From IMG/VR virus record IMGVR_UViG_3300046519_000323, positions 24,040 to 88,039 of that record: a stretch of 64,000 bases of DNA. The stretch is one strand, 5' to 3'. The stretch is from a virus. Both the position numbers and the translations under genes were made by a program. Below, one piece after another: positions 1 to 9,120 of this stretch (position 1 is the stretch's first letter; each line of letters starts with the position of its first letter). The notes below the pieces were generated by a model that made no database searches, had not been told where the DNA came from, and was given only the letters and a program-made list of their open reading frames with translations.

Positions 1-90
1 ATCAATAATTCCTTCGATCGTTACTGTTTCGCCTCGCACCATCATCGCAAGGGGTTTACGTACTTCAGCTTGTTGAATAGCTACTGACAT
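1..90 (-). CDS. 5' end of unidentified gene continuing beyond the window (MSVAIQQAEVRKPLAMMVRGETVTIEGIID...)
   Basis: ATG at 90..88 overlaps the TAA stop of the upstream ORF (TAATG coupling). Frame is open to the window edge. Confidence 0.4.
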   Translation of the reverse strand, partial: MSVAIQQAEVRKPLAMMVRGETVTIEGIID

Positions 91-791
91 TAGTATTGCC
101 CCGCATCAATTAAGCGCTTTGCGAGTGCTTCAGCTGTGTTTTTAATTGCCCGATCTACATGTGAATCAAGTTCAGGACGCTCACATTTAAAAGTGCCGTC
201 TTCATCAAACCATTCCACTCGTCGCGCATACTGTTTAAGCCATTGGTAGCGGTCACTATCCTTGTGTACTTCTGATTCATCCACTAAAAATGAAACGCTT
301 GTATTAAAGTGCTTAGCGAGTAATTTAAGGGTATTAAGCGTCGGATTATCTTCAGCACCAATTTCTAATCTATGTATCATTTCGTTGTTAAGAAATGTCT
401 TTTCAGCTACTTCAGATATAGATTCACATTTTTTACGGCGCAATTCATACAAGTTATGGCCTAAGATGCCGCGGACAATAACGCTGATAACATTCAGCTT
501 AATATATGGCTTACTGTGTAAACGCTTGTTATGCGGGTAACCATCATCTACGCCTATCCAATGACCGCAGCCGTACATACCTGCACTTTCCCAAATCATT
601 GCGGGCCCGTCTTTTTGCTCAGTCTCAGCAAAATATTGATAATGATTGTTTTCAGGGAATAGTTCGACAAACAAATCATTGATATCACAGCACGGCGCAG
701 ACTCTAGCACTTCGGTCAAGTAGCACATTAGCTCTTGCTCTGATTCAAATACAGAAGCATCTAACCCCAATTTTTCGATAATATTTTTCAT
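90..791 (-). CDS. XRE-family helix-turn-helix protein with unrecognised N- and C-terminal domains
   Basis: 233-aa ORF. Central Cro/C1-type HTH (GHNLYELRRKKCESISEVAEKTFLNNEMIHRLEIGAEDNPTLNTLKLLAKHF). Confidence 0.6.
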   Translation of the reverse strand: MKNIIEKLGLDASVFESEQELMCYLTEVLESAPCCDINDLFVELFPENNHYQYFAETEQKDGPAMIWESAGMYGCGHWIGVDDGYPHNKRLHSKPYIKLNVISVIVRGILGHNLYELRRKKCESISEVAEKTFLNNEMIHRLEIGAEDNPTLNTLKLLAKHFNTSVSFLVDESEVHKDSDRYQWLKQYARRVEWFDEDGTFKCERPELDSHVDRAIKNTAEALAKRLIDAGQY

Positions 792-907
792 TTCTTTTTC
801 GCCTTTTTTCTTTGTTTAGCCTTTTTACGAACTTCAATTGATGGTTGGGTAAGCTGCCATTTGTTTTGGGGACAATTAAAGTCCCGTGCCATTTCGTTAA
901 AATTCAT
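788..907 (-). CDS. small basic protein, 39 aa (MNFNEMARDFNCPQNKWQLTQPSIEVRKKAKQRKKAKKK), below the ORF-track cutoff
   Basis: Hand-translated. It fills the gap exactly, with ATGA start/stop overlaps to both neighbours (907..904 and 791..788), which suggests translational coupling. Confidence 0.45.
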   Translation of the reverse strand: MNFNEMARDFNCPQNKWQLTQPSIEVRKKAKQRKKAKKK

Positions 908-1497
908 TTCTTAACCTGTTTGTATGCTTTAAAGCTGTTAGGTATTTCCTGATCTTCTTCAATAGCAATTTGATCGGCCCCTTTTGCTTTAAAACAGACA
1001 AAAGGAAATTCAAAAATAAGGAGGTAAATAGCCACCCACGATAATGCAAACAACATGATTGGCTTAAGTATTAACGGCGTATCGTTCAACATCTTATAGG
1101 CGTTATTTACTTGCTTAAGAACCCACTCAGAAATAGGGCGATTTATCACAATTTTAATAACTGGATAACAGCGGTTAGTATCGCTTAACGCTTGTTTTAA
1201 CATTGCTGTTTGCACTTTGTGTTTTTCACCTGGTGCATTTACCGTTAAAAACCGCTCTTGTTGCATTTCATATAGAGCTCTGTGTGCCTCAGCTTGCCCA
1301 CCAAATTCATTTACGATTGAAATTGATTTTAAAACTCTTCTTAGCTCGCAAACGGTAAAGCCTTCACAAGAACGAACCCATACGCCTTTAATGATGTTTA
1401 GAGGCATGTTGTCAGGCACATGATATTTTTCTAACGATTGATAAAGCTTTTCAGCTTCATAAACACCATAGATACGAACCAAATCAAAAACGTTCAT
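904..1497 (-). CDS. hypothetical protein with C-terminal transmembrane helix
   Basis: ORF trimmed to the internal ATG (MNVFDLVRIYG...) just downstream of the upstream stop at 1508. Hydrophobic segment PIMLFALSWVAIYLLIFEFPFVCF. Confidence 0.5.
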   Translation of the reverse strand: MNVFDLVRIYGVYEAEKLYQSLEKYHVPDNMPLNIIKGVWVRSCEGFTVCELRRVLKSISIVNEFGGQAEAHRALYEMQQERFLTVNAPGEKHKVQTAMLKQALSDTNRCYPVIKIVINRPISEWVLKQVNNAYKMLNDTPLILKPIMLFALSWVAIYLLIFEFPFVCFKAKGADQIAIEEDQEIPNSFKAYKQVKK

Positions 1498-1507
1498 AGA
1501 TAGCCCC

Positions 1508-1918
1508 TTAATCGTAAGATGAAGGTGAGCTAGATGAATCACTTGAGCAGCTGCTATCACTTGCATAGCTCTCAGTCTGTCTCGAATATGAAGGGCTCTC
1601 TACGCTAGTATGCGTATTGCAATAATCACTTTGAATGACTGCAGTGCCATGAACCTCTGTAGGACCATTAACTTCAGCTTGATACAATGGTGCTAAAGTC
1701 ATTTGGTTGAGAGTAGTTTGATTGTGGTCATCACTATTATTCAGGCTGGTTTTGCTGCCTGAATAACGCTGTTTATTTACTGCCAAACGTTCTTGTTTAG
1801 CGCGTTCAAAACTTGCTTCACGCTTCGCTTGTACATGCAAATCTGTATGGGCTGTAAAGGTGCTTAATAAGAAAAAGCGTTTCCCACATTCTTGACACTT
1901 ATAAATCATTTTCTTCAT
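1508..1918 (-). CDS. small protein with a classical C2H2 zinc finger and a Ser/Asp-rich tail
   Basis: YKCQECGKRFFLLSTFTAHTDLH fits (F/Y)-x-C-x2-C-x3-F-x5-hydrophobic-x2-H-x3-H exactly. The C-terminus is SDSSCSSDSSSSPSSYD. Confidence 0.6.
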   Translation of the reverse strand: MKKMIYKCQECGKRFFLLSTFTAHTDLHVQAKREASFERAKQERLAVNKQRYSGSKTSLNNSDDHNQTTLNQMTLAPLYQAEVNGPTEVHGTAVIQSDYCNTHTSVESPSYSRQTESYASDSSCSSDSSSSPSSYD

Positions 1919-2633
1919 TCCATATTCTTAATGCGTAATAAATGTCAGCCAGCTCAATGTGAAAGACTTTATTAATAGTTAGAAGGGTGTTTTCATTTAG
2001 GTCGGTATATGTTTCACGCCAACTATCTAACATGGCTTCGTATGAGTGAAATATCATGCCAATAGGCTCTATACGCTCACGTACACCAACTACTACGCCA
2101 TCGCGTATTGTGTAAAAAGTATTGTAATAATCAGAGCTTTCCGCCCAATACGCTCGAACGACGACGGCAGCAAACTCAGGTGCCGTTTCTAGGATTTTTC
2201 TAGCACTGTCCACCCCACCCGCTTGTGACAGGATGGTTGCGGCGAATGCATAAGAGATAGACGGAACATTGATTAATGGCTGTTTAGACCCGTCTTTATG
2301 TTGACTAAACGTTTTAGTTTCTTCGTCGTACCAGTTGTCAATATCAGGGCTTTGGCTGCTATACAAAATAGAGCGAGCACGGTCTTCACCGAATTGCTGT
2401 ATGAATGCTGGATAATCGTAATCCGTTGCAATATCAGTACCGCAAAACGGGCAATGAGAAATAATTGTTTTATCGTTGCCAGTGGTACCGACTGCAATCG
2501 TAAGGCGTTTTAAATCTAAAATTTGATTGCTGAACACTTGCTCATGAAAGCCAAACTTTTGATGAACGGCGGCATTCGAAAGTGATTCACACATTTCGAG
2601 CCAATTACCCGTATTTTTACAAGCCATATTCAT
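1899..2633 (-). CDS. hypothetical protein
   Basis: 244-aa ORF, tightly packed in a minus-strand operon. Only a CPFCG motif is recognisable. Confidence 0.5.
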   Translation of the reverse strand: MNMACKNTGNWLEMCESLSNAAVHQKFGFHEQVFSNQILDLKRLTIAVGTTGNDKTIISHCPFCGTDIATDYDYPAFIQQFGEDRARSILYSSQSPDIDNWYDEETKTFSQHKDGSKQPLINVPSISYAFAATILSQAGGVDSARKILETAPEFAAVVVRAYWAESSDYYNTFYTIRDGVVVGVRERIEPIGMIFHSYEAMLDSWRETYTDLNENTLLTINKVFHIELADIYYALRIWNEENDL

Positions 2634-3226
2634 GCTGCAGCTCCCTGCAATGCATAATTCAATTCGGCCAAGTTAATAAGATTGGGGTTACTACCACGCG
2701 GCATTTTGAGCCATTTAAAGTTTACGAAATGACGCCAGCCACAATCATAACGGACGTAATTTTTACCATTTAAATCGTAGTGGGTAGCTGTTTTTGCTCT
2801 CCCTTCTAAAATGCTTCTGGCTTCATTCAGATCACTAAAAAGTTCTAAAAGCTCATCTTCAACCAGCTTGATAGCCTCTTTGACATCTTCAAGCGTGAAC
2901 TCGATACCATAGTAATTAAATGCTGAAGCGCCTTTAGTTAAACAATCACGTAGCTTCTCTATACCAAAGCGGAAACGAATATATCGAATATGATGCACAT
3001 GCTTATGGCGATCATAGTTTTCAACTACATCACGTAAATCTTCTACACGGTAGACGTTACGACCGTGGTTTTTAGTGATTTCGTTAAATACTTGTACTTC
3101 AAAATTTGACATTTTAAAGTAAGTTGCAGGGTCAAGCTTTTCGATACATTTGAGGCAGTTTGCTGCGTTAACCAATCCACCTAATGCTTCAAGCAGAGCA
3201 AAGCCGGTCTTAAAATTTCTTTCCAT
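2630..3226 (-). CDS. hypothetical protein
   Basis: ORF 2630..3265 trimmed to the ATG at 3226 (MERNFKTGF...), preceded by AAGGGG and lying after the upstream stop at 3237. Confidence 0.5.
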   Translation of the reverse strand: MERNFKTGFALLEALGGLVNAANCLKCIEKLDPATYFKMSNFEVQVFNEITKNHGRNVYRVEDLRDVVENYDRHKHVHHIRYIRFRFGIEKLRDCLTKGASAFNYYGIEFTLEDVKEAIKLVEDELLELFSDLNEARSILEGRAKTATHYDLNGKNYVRYDCGWRHFVNFKWLKMPRGSNPNLINLAELNYALQGAAA

Positions 3227-3236
3227 TTTTAGCCCC

Positions 3237-3539
3237 TTAAAACGTTGTTTGTTGACCGATAGCACGGGTCAACATCATCAAACCGATTTGAAAGTTATCA
3301 GTTGAGAGAGCAATAAATTTTTCAGGATTGGCTTTACACAAACGCTCATACTCTTCAACGTCAAAAACTTGGTTATTTACCTCATTCATACAGTTGTAGC
3401 GTTGGTTAGCGACGTAAGCTGTCACCTTTTGAATTACCGTCTCTACTAAAGGACCAAGTGCCTTAACCTCATTCATTAAATCCACTTCTTCTTGATTTAA
3501 TTCGCGGTACCCTTTGATTTTTTGATGTTGGTTTTGCAT
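3237..3539 (-). CDS. hypothetical protein
   Basis: 100-aa ORF abutting both neighbours. Confidence 0.5.
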   Translation of the reverse strand: MQNQHQKIKGYRELNQEEVDLMNEVKALGPLVETVIQKVTAYVANQRYNCMNEVNNQVFDVEEYERLCKANPEKFIALSTDNFQIGLMMLTRAIGQQTTF

Positions 3540-3935
3540 CTATTTCCCCTTAATAACCTTTAATATTTGTTGAAATTGAAAGTCGCCTCGTAAGCGCTTC
3601 GCTAAATACAAATGTTTTGCTAACTTAAAAATGCGTTGTGGTGTATTGACGTATGCAAGGTCAGTAAACGGCGGTAAGAAGCCATCAAAAACGCCGTGTA
3701 TTTCTTCAAAAATGACATCTACCAAAAGCTCGTAAGCTGGTTTGCAGTCCGATTCAGAATCCCATTCACCCGTACGGAACCAAAACATAAGTACATCGGG
3801 ACACTCGTCATAACCGAAATTTGACTTTTTAGCGGCCCCCAATTTGATAAGGACCTCTGCAGCACGTGCATTTATTTTTTTCGTGATTCTTGGTTTACGT
3901 GAAACCTTAACTTTTACAGCCATATCACCACCCAT
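3540..3935 (-). CDS. hypothetical protein
   Basis: 131-aa ORF. Its start overlaps the upstream stop (TAATG at 3937..3933). Confidence 0.5.
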   Translation of the reverse strand: MGGDMAVKVKVSRKPRITKKINARAAEVLIKLGAAKKSNFGYDECPDVLMFWFRTGEWDSESDCKPAYELLVDVIFEEIHGVFDGFLPPFTDLAYVNTPQRIFKLAKHLYLAKRLRGDFQFQQILKVIKGK

Positions 3936-4417
3936 TAAGCAACGGTTGTTACGCCTCGAATGATGTGTAGAACAGTTTCATACGCCTCAGCTTGGCCTTT
4001 CCAAAACTCCGCACTGTTTTCTTCACAGTTCTGAGAACGTACGGCGACTGCCTCACGCTGCCCTTTAATCTGTTTCGTAATGTCTTGGATTTGATTAGCT
4101 TGGGTTGAATTACCTAAGGCTTCAGAAAGCTGTAATTCCAATGAAATCGCTTTTGCATTGACCAGCATGTAATTTGCATTAGTGAGGTCATTAACAAGCG
4201 TATTAATGCTTTTATAGCGTGATGCAACAAAACCGCGACCATCCTGATAATCAGCTTTGTAAATTCGCTCGCTGGTGTCATACACGATTGCAGTCGCTTG
4301 ATGCTTATGAAAAGCGATGTATAAACTTTCATTTTGTACAGGCAATCTCTTCAAAACTGAATTGATTGCATCCGCCCCAATTAAAGAAATTAAATTTTTC
4401 TCAAGTGTCATATTCAT
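3935..4417 (-). CDS. hypothetical protein (first gene of an operon)
   Basis: ORF 3935..4480 trimmed to MNMTLEKN.... The upstream 60 nt are promoter-like AT-rich palindromes. Confidence 0.45.
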   Translation of the reverse strand: MNMTLEKNLISLIGADAINSVLKRLPVQNESLYIAFHKHQATAIVYDTSERIYKADYQDGRGFVASRYKSINTLVNDLTNANYMLVNAKAISLELQLSEALGNSTQANQIQDITKQIKGQREAVAVRSQNCEENSAEFWKGQAEAYETVLHIIRGVTTVA

Positions 4418-4474
4418 ATTCCGTATCTGAACGCGACAATTATATACAATATTGTATATATTTAAATACATTTT

Positions 4475-4488
4475 ATACACTAATGTAT
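4475..4488. promoter_or_regulatory. operator-like palindrome ATACACTAATGTAT (ATRCAT family)
   Basis: 13/14 match to the ATACATTAATGTAT palindrome seen at 9121 and 9152. It lies next to a perfect 20-bp palindrome TATATACAATATTGTATATA at 4441..4460, upstream of the 3935..4417 operon. Confidence 0.45.
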
Positions 4489-4498
4489 AATTAAGTTA

Positions 4499-4521
4499 TA
4501 AAAAAAGCCTCAATTGAGGCT
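4499..4521 (-). terminator. rho-independent terminator
   Basis: Minus strand reads AGCCTCAATTGAGGCT followed by TTTTTTT, directly after the stop of 4542..6569. Confidence 0.7.
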
Positions 4522-4541
4522 AATTAATGCATTTTGTGTAT

Positions 4542-6569
4542 TTAATTATGGCTTTTATATCCTATACCTCCCCCAATAACATGCGCTAAACCACGATCAG
4601 ATACATTTTGTGTAATAGAGGCATCTTGTTTATTAACAACTACAGGCGTCTTTGTTCCTTGTTTAGAGCTCTCAACCTTCAAGTCTTTTATAGTTGGTAC
4701 CTTTATTGGTTTAGGGCGATCTGAAGTAGTTTTTGTATTTACAGCGGTTACTGTCTTTGGCTTTATTGCGTAAGGTACCTGTACATCTGTTCTTACACTC
4801 GGCTTAACCGGAATAGCAGAATCATCGCCGTTTTGCTTTATCGATTTATCCAAGTTATTACGATAGTTATATTCTTTTGCTAAATGTGGCTTCCAGTCAA
4901 ACGACTCTCCATTTCTTAATTTACTTTGGCCGTAAGCCCATTTCACATAACCTTTACCCAAAACCCTCGCAGCATCTTCTTTTGTTGCATTGGGGTTGTT
5001 CTTCATATACTCACTAACTTTTGCATATGAACTATCATTATCAAGTTCCCATTTCATAAATTGCGCTTGTGCATCAAGTGAGGCTTGGCCTTTTATCATT
5101 TTTCCATTTTTATCAAGTAATCCGCGCCTACTCATAAATGCATTTAAACGTTCACGGCGGTCACCCTGCCAAGAAATCATACCCATATTAGTGCCGCCCG
5201 CTTTATCCTGGTGTTTACCGAATAGATATTCATCACGATAGTCATTTTCACGGCCAACCGAAGCTGTCATTGCTGCGGCCCAATTGGAATTAAAACCAGC
5301 TTTTTTCATAGCGTTATATACAGCAAGTTGCTTCTCTGTTTTATTCTTTCCGATTGGTGAATTGACATCACTGCCTACAGCTCCGCCACTCATATCATAG
5401 AGGCCCTGCATTCCCTTATCGTAAATTGATTTACCCCATCCGCCTACCGTTTGCACTGGGTGGGTAACAAGGTTTGTTGCACCGCTTGCCAAAGTTTTTA
5501 GAGAATCAGTAAACAGCTTTGAAAAATCAATATCCTTTAATTCGTCAGTCCATTCACCTACCTTTTTACCAAAAATGCCGCCAAGGTATGCCCCAAAACC
5601 GCCGCCCAAAATGGTTCCAGCTGGCCCAAATAACGACCCTGCAGCTGCTCCCGCAATACCCCCTGCTATTTCTCCAACGCCCTTACCTTTATCGCCAGCG
5701 TTTAAGCCATTCCAATCTTTTGCCAGCATTCCCCCACCGATTAATGCAGCAATCAACGGAAAGCGCTTTAATACAGTTTTGCCCAGCTTAGCTATGTTTT
5801 TACCTTTCCCAAGGCCAATTAGATCGGTTACACCAAAGCCGCCTGCAGCTGCTCCTTTATTGCCGCGTACAGCATCAATTAAACGCCGTAATAAGTTATT
5901 ACGCTCTCTATCGCTTTTGTCCTCACGGCGGTTTTCCTTGGCTTGTTCTTCAGACAAAACCTCATCATTTCGTTTTTTACGAGCACGGCCACTAAATAAA
6001 TTTACCGCTTTGGCCGTCATATGTGAAAAGACTGAACCAACGGGGCTAACAATATCCTTGAGCTCAGTTAATGCATCAATCGTAGGGTCATAACCTCTAA
6101 CGTCCCCATCTGCCCCTCTCACGTTAAGAGCATCTTTGATTTTAAAAAGTAGATTCTTGTCATCGGCACCAGCTGCTGAAACAAAACGACCGCTCTTATC
6201 CCGTTCACGTTGTTGCTGAGCTCGATACTCCGCGCTACTTGTTTTTATTGATTCTGAAGCGTCTCTTGCTTTCTTATATTGTGTTTTTGGCTCAACACTA
6301 TCACTTACACGTATAGGCGCCTTATTATTTGGCAAAGTTCGGTTAGCCTGTTTTTGGGCTGTTTTAGTGCCTTCTTGATAAGCCTCTTTTACTTCTTTAA
6401 CTGCCTCAGTAATGTCCTTACGTTCGCTATCAATAGCCTCTTTGACACCGCCTAGTACAGCCTGAAGGATTTCATAAGTATTGTCTTTGGTTTGATCAAT
6501 ACTTTCTGCCATTTGTCTTAACCGCTTTTCACCGATTAAAAAACCTGTCTCATCCGCTTTAATTGTCAT
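4542..6569 (-). CDS. tape-measure-like / virion-associated protein with lysozyme-like C-terminal domain
   Basis: 675 aa. Coiled-coil charged N-terminus, then a glycine-zipper membrane segment (GGIAGAAAGSLFGPAGTILGGGFGAYLGGIFG). The C-terminal block (AVYNAMKKAGFNSNWAAAMTASVGRENDY...GMISWQGDRRERL) resembles phage tail-tip lysozyme domains, from memory. Confidence 0.5.
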   Translation of the reverse strand: MTIKADETGFLIGEKRLRQMAESIDQTKDNTYEILQAVLGGVKEAIDSERKDITEAVKEVKEAYQEGTKTAQKQANRTLPNNKAPIRVSDSVEPKTQYKKARDASESIKTSSAEYRAQQQRERDKSGRFVSAAGADDKNLLFKIKDALNVRGADGDVRGYDPTIDALTELKDIVSPVGSVFSHMTAKAVNLFSGRARKKRNDEVLSEEQAKENRREDKSDRERNNLLRRLIDAVRGNKGAAAGGFGVTDLIGLGKGKNIAKLGKTVLKRFPLIAALIGGGMLAKDWNGLNAGDKGKGVGEIAGGIAGAAAGSLFGPAGTILGGGFGAYLGGIFGKKVGEWTDELKDIDFSKLFTDSLKTLASGATNLVTHPVQTVGGWGKSIYDKGMQGLYDMSGGAVGSDVNSPIGKNKTEKQLAVYNAMKKAGFNSNWAAAMTASVGRENDYRDEYLFGKHQDKAGGTNMGMISWQGDRRERLNAFMSRRGLLDKNGKMIKGQASLDAQAQFMKWELDNDSSYAKVSEYMKNNPNATKEDAARVLGKGYVKWAYGQSKLRNGESFDWKPHLAKEYNYRNNLDKSIKQNGDDSAIPVKPSVRTDVQVPYAIKPKTVTAVNTKTTSDRPKPIKVPTIKDLKVESSKQGTKTPVVVNKQDASITQNVSDRGLAHVIGGGIGYKSHN

Positions 6570-6641
6570 GTGTGACTAAACCATAAGATATTTTCTACAT
6601 TATCGTTTTAGTCTTAAGGTGTCTTTTTTGATATTTCCCAT

Positions 6642-6675
6642 AAAAAAAACCCCATAAAGACTAAACTTTATGGGG
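6642..6675 (-). terminator. rho-independent terminator
   Basis: CCCCATAAAG/CTTTATGGGG stem followed on the minus strand by a U8 run. A second hairpin GGGGCTTTCGCCCC lies at 6698..6711. Confidence 0.65.
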
Positions 6676-6763
6676 ATATGACTAAACAAATAAGAGTGGG
6701 GCTTTCGCCCCGGATTTAAGCAACGACCAATTGCTTACCCTTATATTACAATAGTTTGCATTT

Positions 6764-6794
6764 TGTTCAATTGTTCTTTTGAACATATGAACAT
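6764..6794. repeat. TGAACA/TGTTCA octamer cluster
   Basis: tgttcaattgttcttttgaacatatgaaca, about 200 bp upstream of the 4542..6569 start. Confidence 0.5.
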
Positions 6795-6808
6795 ATTTTT
6801 AACAATTA

Positions 6809-7750
6809 TTACTCTTCATCATCCTCATCCATCTCACTAACATCGTTATTAAGGCCCATGGCTTCCATCTGCTTATGAACTTCGTCAGTAACTTCTTTTT
6901 CAAGCTTACCTGATTCGATATACATACGCCGTGATTTGACCATTTCTGTTTGCTCCATGAGTCTTTGCTTTTGAGCCTCATACTCAGCGTCATCGTTAAG
7001 GTCTTGCATACGGTTGCCAGTTTCAGGCTCTTTAGTATCCTCAGGGGTAATTCCATATAAAGCAAAATCAGCCTTTAAAAGCTTGTCATATCCTGAAATG
7101 GCATTAACCAAGGTTTCAGTAAAACTCATATTGAAGTTATAAGCTGCTTCAACGTTATTACGATCTACTTCTTTAGCAATAAGCTTGAATTGAATGTTTG
7201 TCATTAACTCCTTTGACATGACAATTTGGTCAAGCGTATGTGCAAGCAATAGGTGAATACGATCAGTTGCATTACGGCCCCGCTTAACGACTTCAGCCGT
7301 GGTTTTTTTCTTATGCAGGCTTGTAGACAGTAACCTTTTGACTCCACCTATTGAAGTATTTACGATTGCCTCTCTTTTACGTAAATATTCTTGATCAGAG
7401 TTGTATTCATCAAGCTCTGAGCCCTGTTCATAATCATTAGCGTCATCATCTGAATTTTTTGAATCATCCCCAATTAGTAGTAAATGCCCTTTGGTTCGCT
7501 GGACGATCTTTGTTAGCTTCGCCGTAGATAGCTTGGCTAGACCATCAGCCCTCACCCAATCCTCACGCTTGGCTCGGGCGATGACTGTGGGGCGTGATGG
7601 TAGATCAAATATTTGTGTTTCGTTTCGGACAATCTCAAGCAAACGATCTATGCTTGAGCTGCCGTCTGCCTCATATACCGCTTTAATACATGACCAAACT
7701 TCATCAGAATATCGGGCTGTATTGCTTTTCTTCGCTTCAGTTTTCGACAT
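6809..7750 (-). CDS. DNA-binding protein, possibly terminase small subunit
   Basis: 313 aa. The N-terminal HTH-like region (YSDEVWSCIKAVYEADGSSSIDRLLEIV...PSRPTVIARAKREDW) and very acidic C-terminus are typical of small terminases, but no large terminase is adjacent. Confidence 0.35.
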   Translation of the reverse strand: MSKTEAKKSNTARYSDEVWSCIKAVYEADGSSSIDRLLEIVRNETQIFDLPSRPTVIARAKREDWVRADGLAKLSTAKLTKIVQRTKGHLLLIGDDSKNSDDDANDYEQGSELDEYNSDQEYLRKREAIVNTSIGGVKRLLSTSLHKKKTTAEVVKRGRNATDRIHLLLAHTLDQIVMSKELMTNIQFKLIAKEVDRNNVEAAYNFNMSFTETLVNAISGYDKLLKADFALYGITPEDTKEPETGNRMQDLNDDAEYEAQKQRLMEQTEMVKSRRMYIESGKLEKEVTDEVHKQMEAMGLNNDVSEMDEDDEE

Positions 7751-7772
7751 GTAGAACTAATCATTATTAAGT

Positions 7773-8444
7773 TTAGATTTCATCTGATAATAAAGCCGGT
7801 TCAGGCTTTTGAACTGGGTCTTTATGAATATTTAAATTAATTTTCTCAAACCCCTCTATTTGCTCAATCATGTTTAACTCAAGAGCTCTTTGATATTTAG
7901 CAGTCATAGTCTCAAAAGCCCTCACGTGGTTCTCAAGATCATTACTCATTAGAAGAAGCTCAGGATATAACGCACTAAAGGCCATATCATGCTTATGTTT
8001 ATTGATCTCTTTTACTAGATTTTTAGCTGCTACATGGAGCATAGCGCCTTGAAATTTAGGCAGCCTTTCCATTGTCTTTGTTAACACCATGCTGATTTGA
8101 TCGGCAGCTTCTAGGGCTGTACAGCGCATTGTATCGAGTATCAAACCGTTATGTGATGCAGCTAGATCGGGTTCAATTTCATTACTAATACCAAATAGAA
8201 AATCGATACTGCATTTGTATGCTAGACTTATTTTATAAAGGGTTTGAGCTGAAATTGGCTTTGAGCCTTTTTCAATTTCTACAATTCGATTGAGCTGCTT
8301 TTCATTCGAATAACCGAAAATAAGCTTCATCGCTTTAGCCCTTGAGAAACCCGCCCAATCACGCGCACGACGACAATTCTCACCAATCATTCTATTCAGT
8401 TTGTCTTTATCGACCGAATCTCTAAAAGTTGTAATTTCTGACAT
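7773..8444 (-). CDS. XRE-family transcriptional regulator
   Basis: HTH segment NCRRARDWAGFSRAKAMKLIFGYSNEKQLNRIVEIEKGSKPISAQTLYKISLAYKCSIDFLFG. Confidence 0.6.
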   Translation of the reverse strand: MSEITTFRDSVDKDKLNRMIGENCRRARDWAGFSRAKAMKLIFGYSNEKQLNRIVEIEKGSKPISAQTLYKISLAYKCSIDFLFGISNEIEPDLAASHNGLILDTMRCTALEAADQISMVLTKTMERLPKFQGAMLHVAAKNLVKEINKHKHDMAFSALYPELLLMSNDLENHVRAFETMTAKYQRALELNMIEQIEGFEKINLNIHKDPVQKPEPALLSDEI

Positions 8445-8446
8445 GA

Positions 8447-8917
8447 TTAGATACCTAAATACGATTTGATTTGAGCCATTGCATCAGCCACATTTCTGAC
8501 AAAAACGACTTTATTACCCAGCGATTGAAGTAATTTTATTTGAACTTCCTGTTCTGGCCGTAAGCGACCCTTTTCGCTTTTTAATTCAATCCACAACGCA
8601 CTAAATCCCCCACGTGCAACGGGTAGTAATAAATCTGGCGTACCAGCAATAACACCCATTTCTTTAAACTTAGCTGCCTCACCCTTTGAACGTAGCCCGC
8701 CGTTCGGAATGTGACGTATTAATTCTGAAACCCTGTACCCTTGGTATTTCAAAAAGGCGCATTCAGTGATGATTTGTTTTTGAATATCATCCTCTAAAGG
8801 AGATAAACCCATAATTCTGCGTTCTAACGCGGTACGGCGCGTCTTCTTCGTCTTAGAAGTTTTTAGAACAGGAATGTTTGTTTTAAATTTTGGTGATGAT
8901 TTAATGCGGTAAGTCAT
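8447..8917 (-). CDS. VRR-NUC domain nuclease
   Basis: GTPDLLLPVARGGFSALWIELKSEKGRLRPEQ matches the PD-(D/E)xK VRR-NUC core (D...ELK). Confidence 0.75.
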   Translation of the reverse strand: MTYRIKSSPKFKTNIPVLKTSKTKKTRRTALERRIMGLSPLEDDIQKQIITECAFLKYQGYRVSELIRHIPNGGLRSKGEAAKFKEMGVIAGTPDLLLPVARGGFSALWIELKSEKGRLRPEQEVQIKLLQSLGNKVVFVRNVADAMAQIKSYLGI

Positions 8918-9095
8918 TGAACTTAGCCTTTAATTGTTGTTCACAACGTAGAAATGCCTGCTTATTTATTTCCTCTATCGCTTTAACTTGTTTCCGGCTT
9001 CTTCCATGACGGATATGGCCGACTAAGTAATAAATACACACAGTAAATAACATCCCCAATACAAAAATCGTAAGAATTAACGCCGAATTATGCAT
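8901..9095 (-). CDS. small membrane protein
   Basis: 64 aa with one hydrophobic helix (ALILTIFVLGMLFTVCIYYLVG). First gene after the promoter region. Confidence 0.45.
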   Translation of the reverse strand: MHNSALILTIFVLGMLFTVCIYYLVGHIRHGRSRKQVKAIEEINKQAFLRCEQQLKAKFNDLPH

Positions 9096-9120
9096 AAAAA
9101 CTTAACCTATATACATTAAT

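Noticed and set aside
5575-6093. 172-aa plus-strand ORF, together with similar nested or antisense ORFs at 262..540, 1217..1423, 2273..2513, 4114..4332, 4990..5241, 5519..5791, 6799..7065 and 7491..7754.
   Set aside because: All lie wholly inside longer minus-strand genes that have recognisable domains or operon packing. Their products are low-complexity (Pro/Ala/Ser/Leu-rich mirror translations). I treat them as frame shadows.
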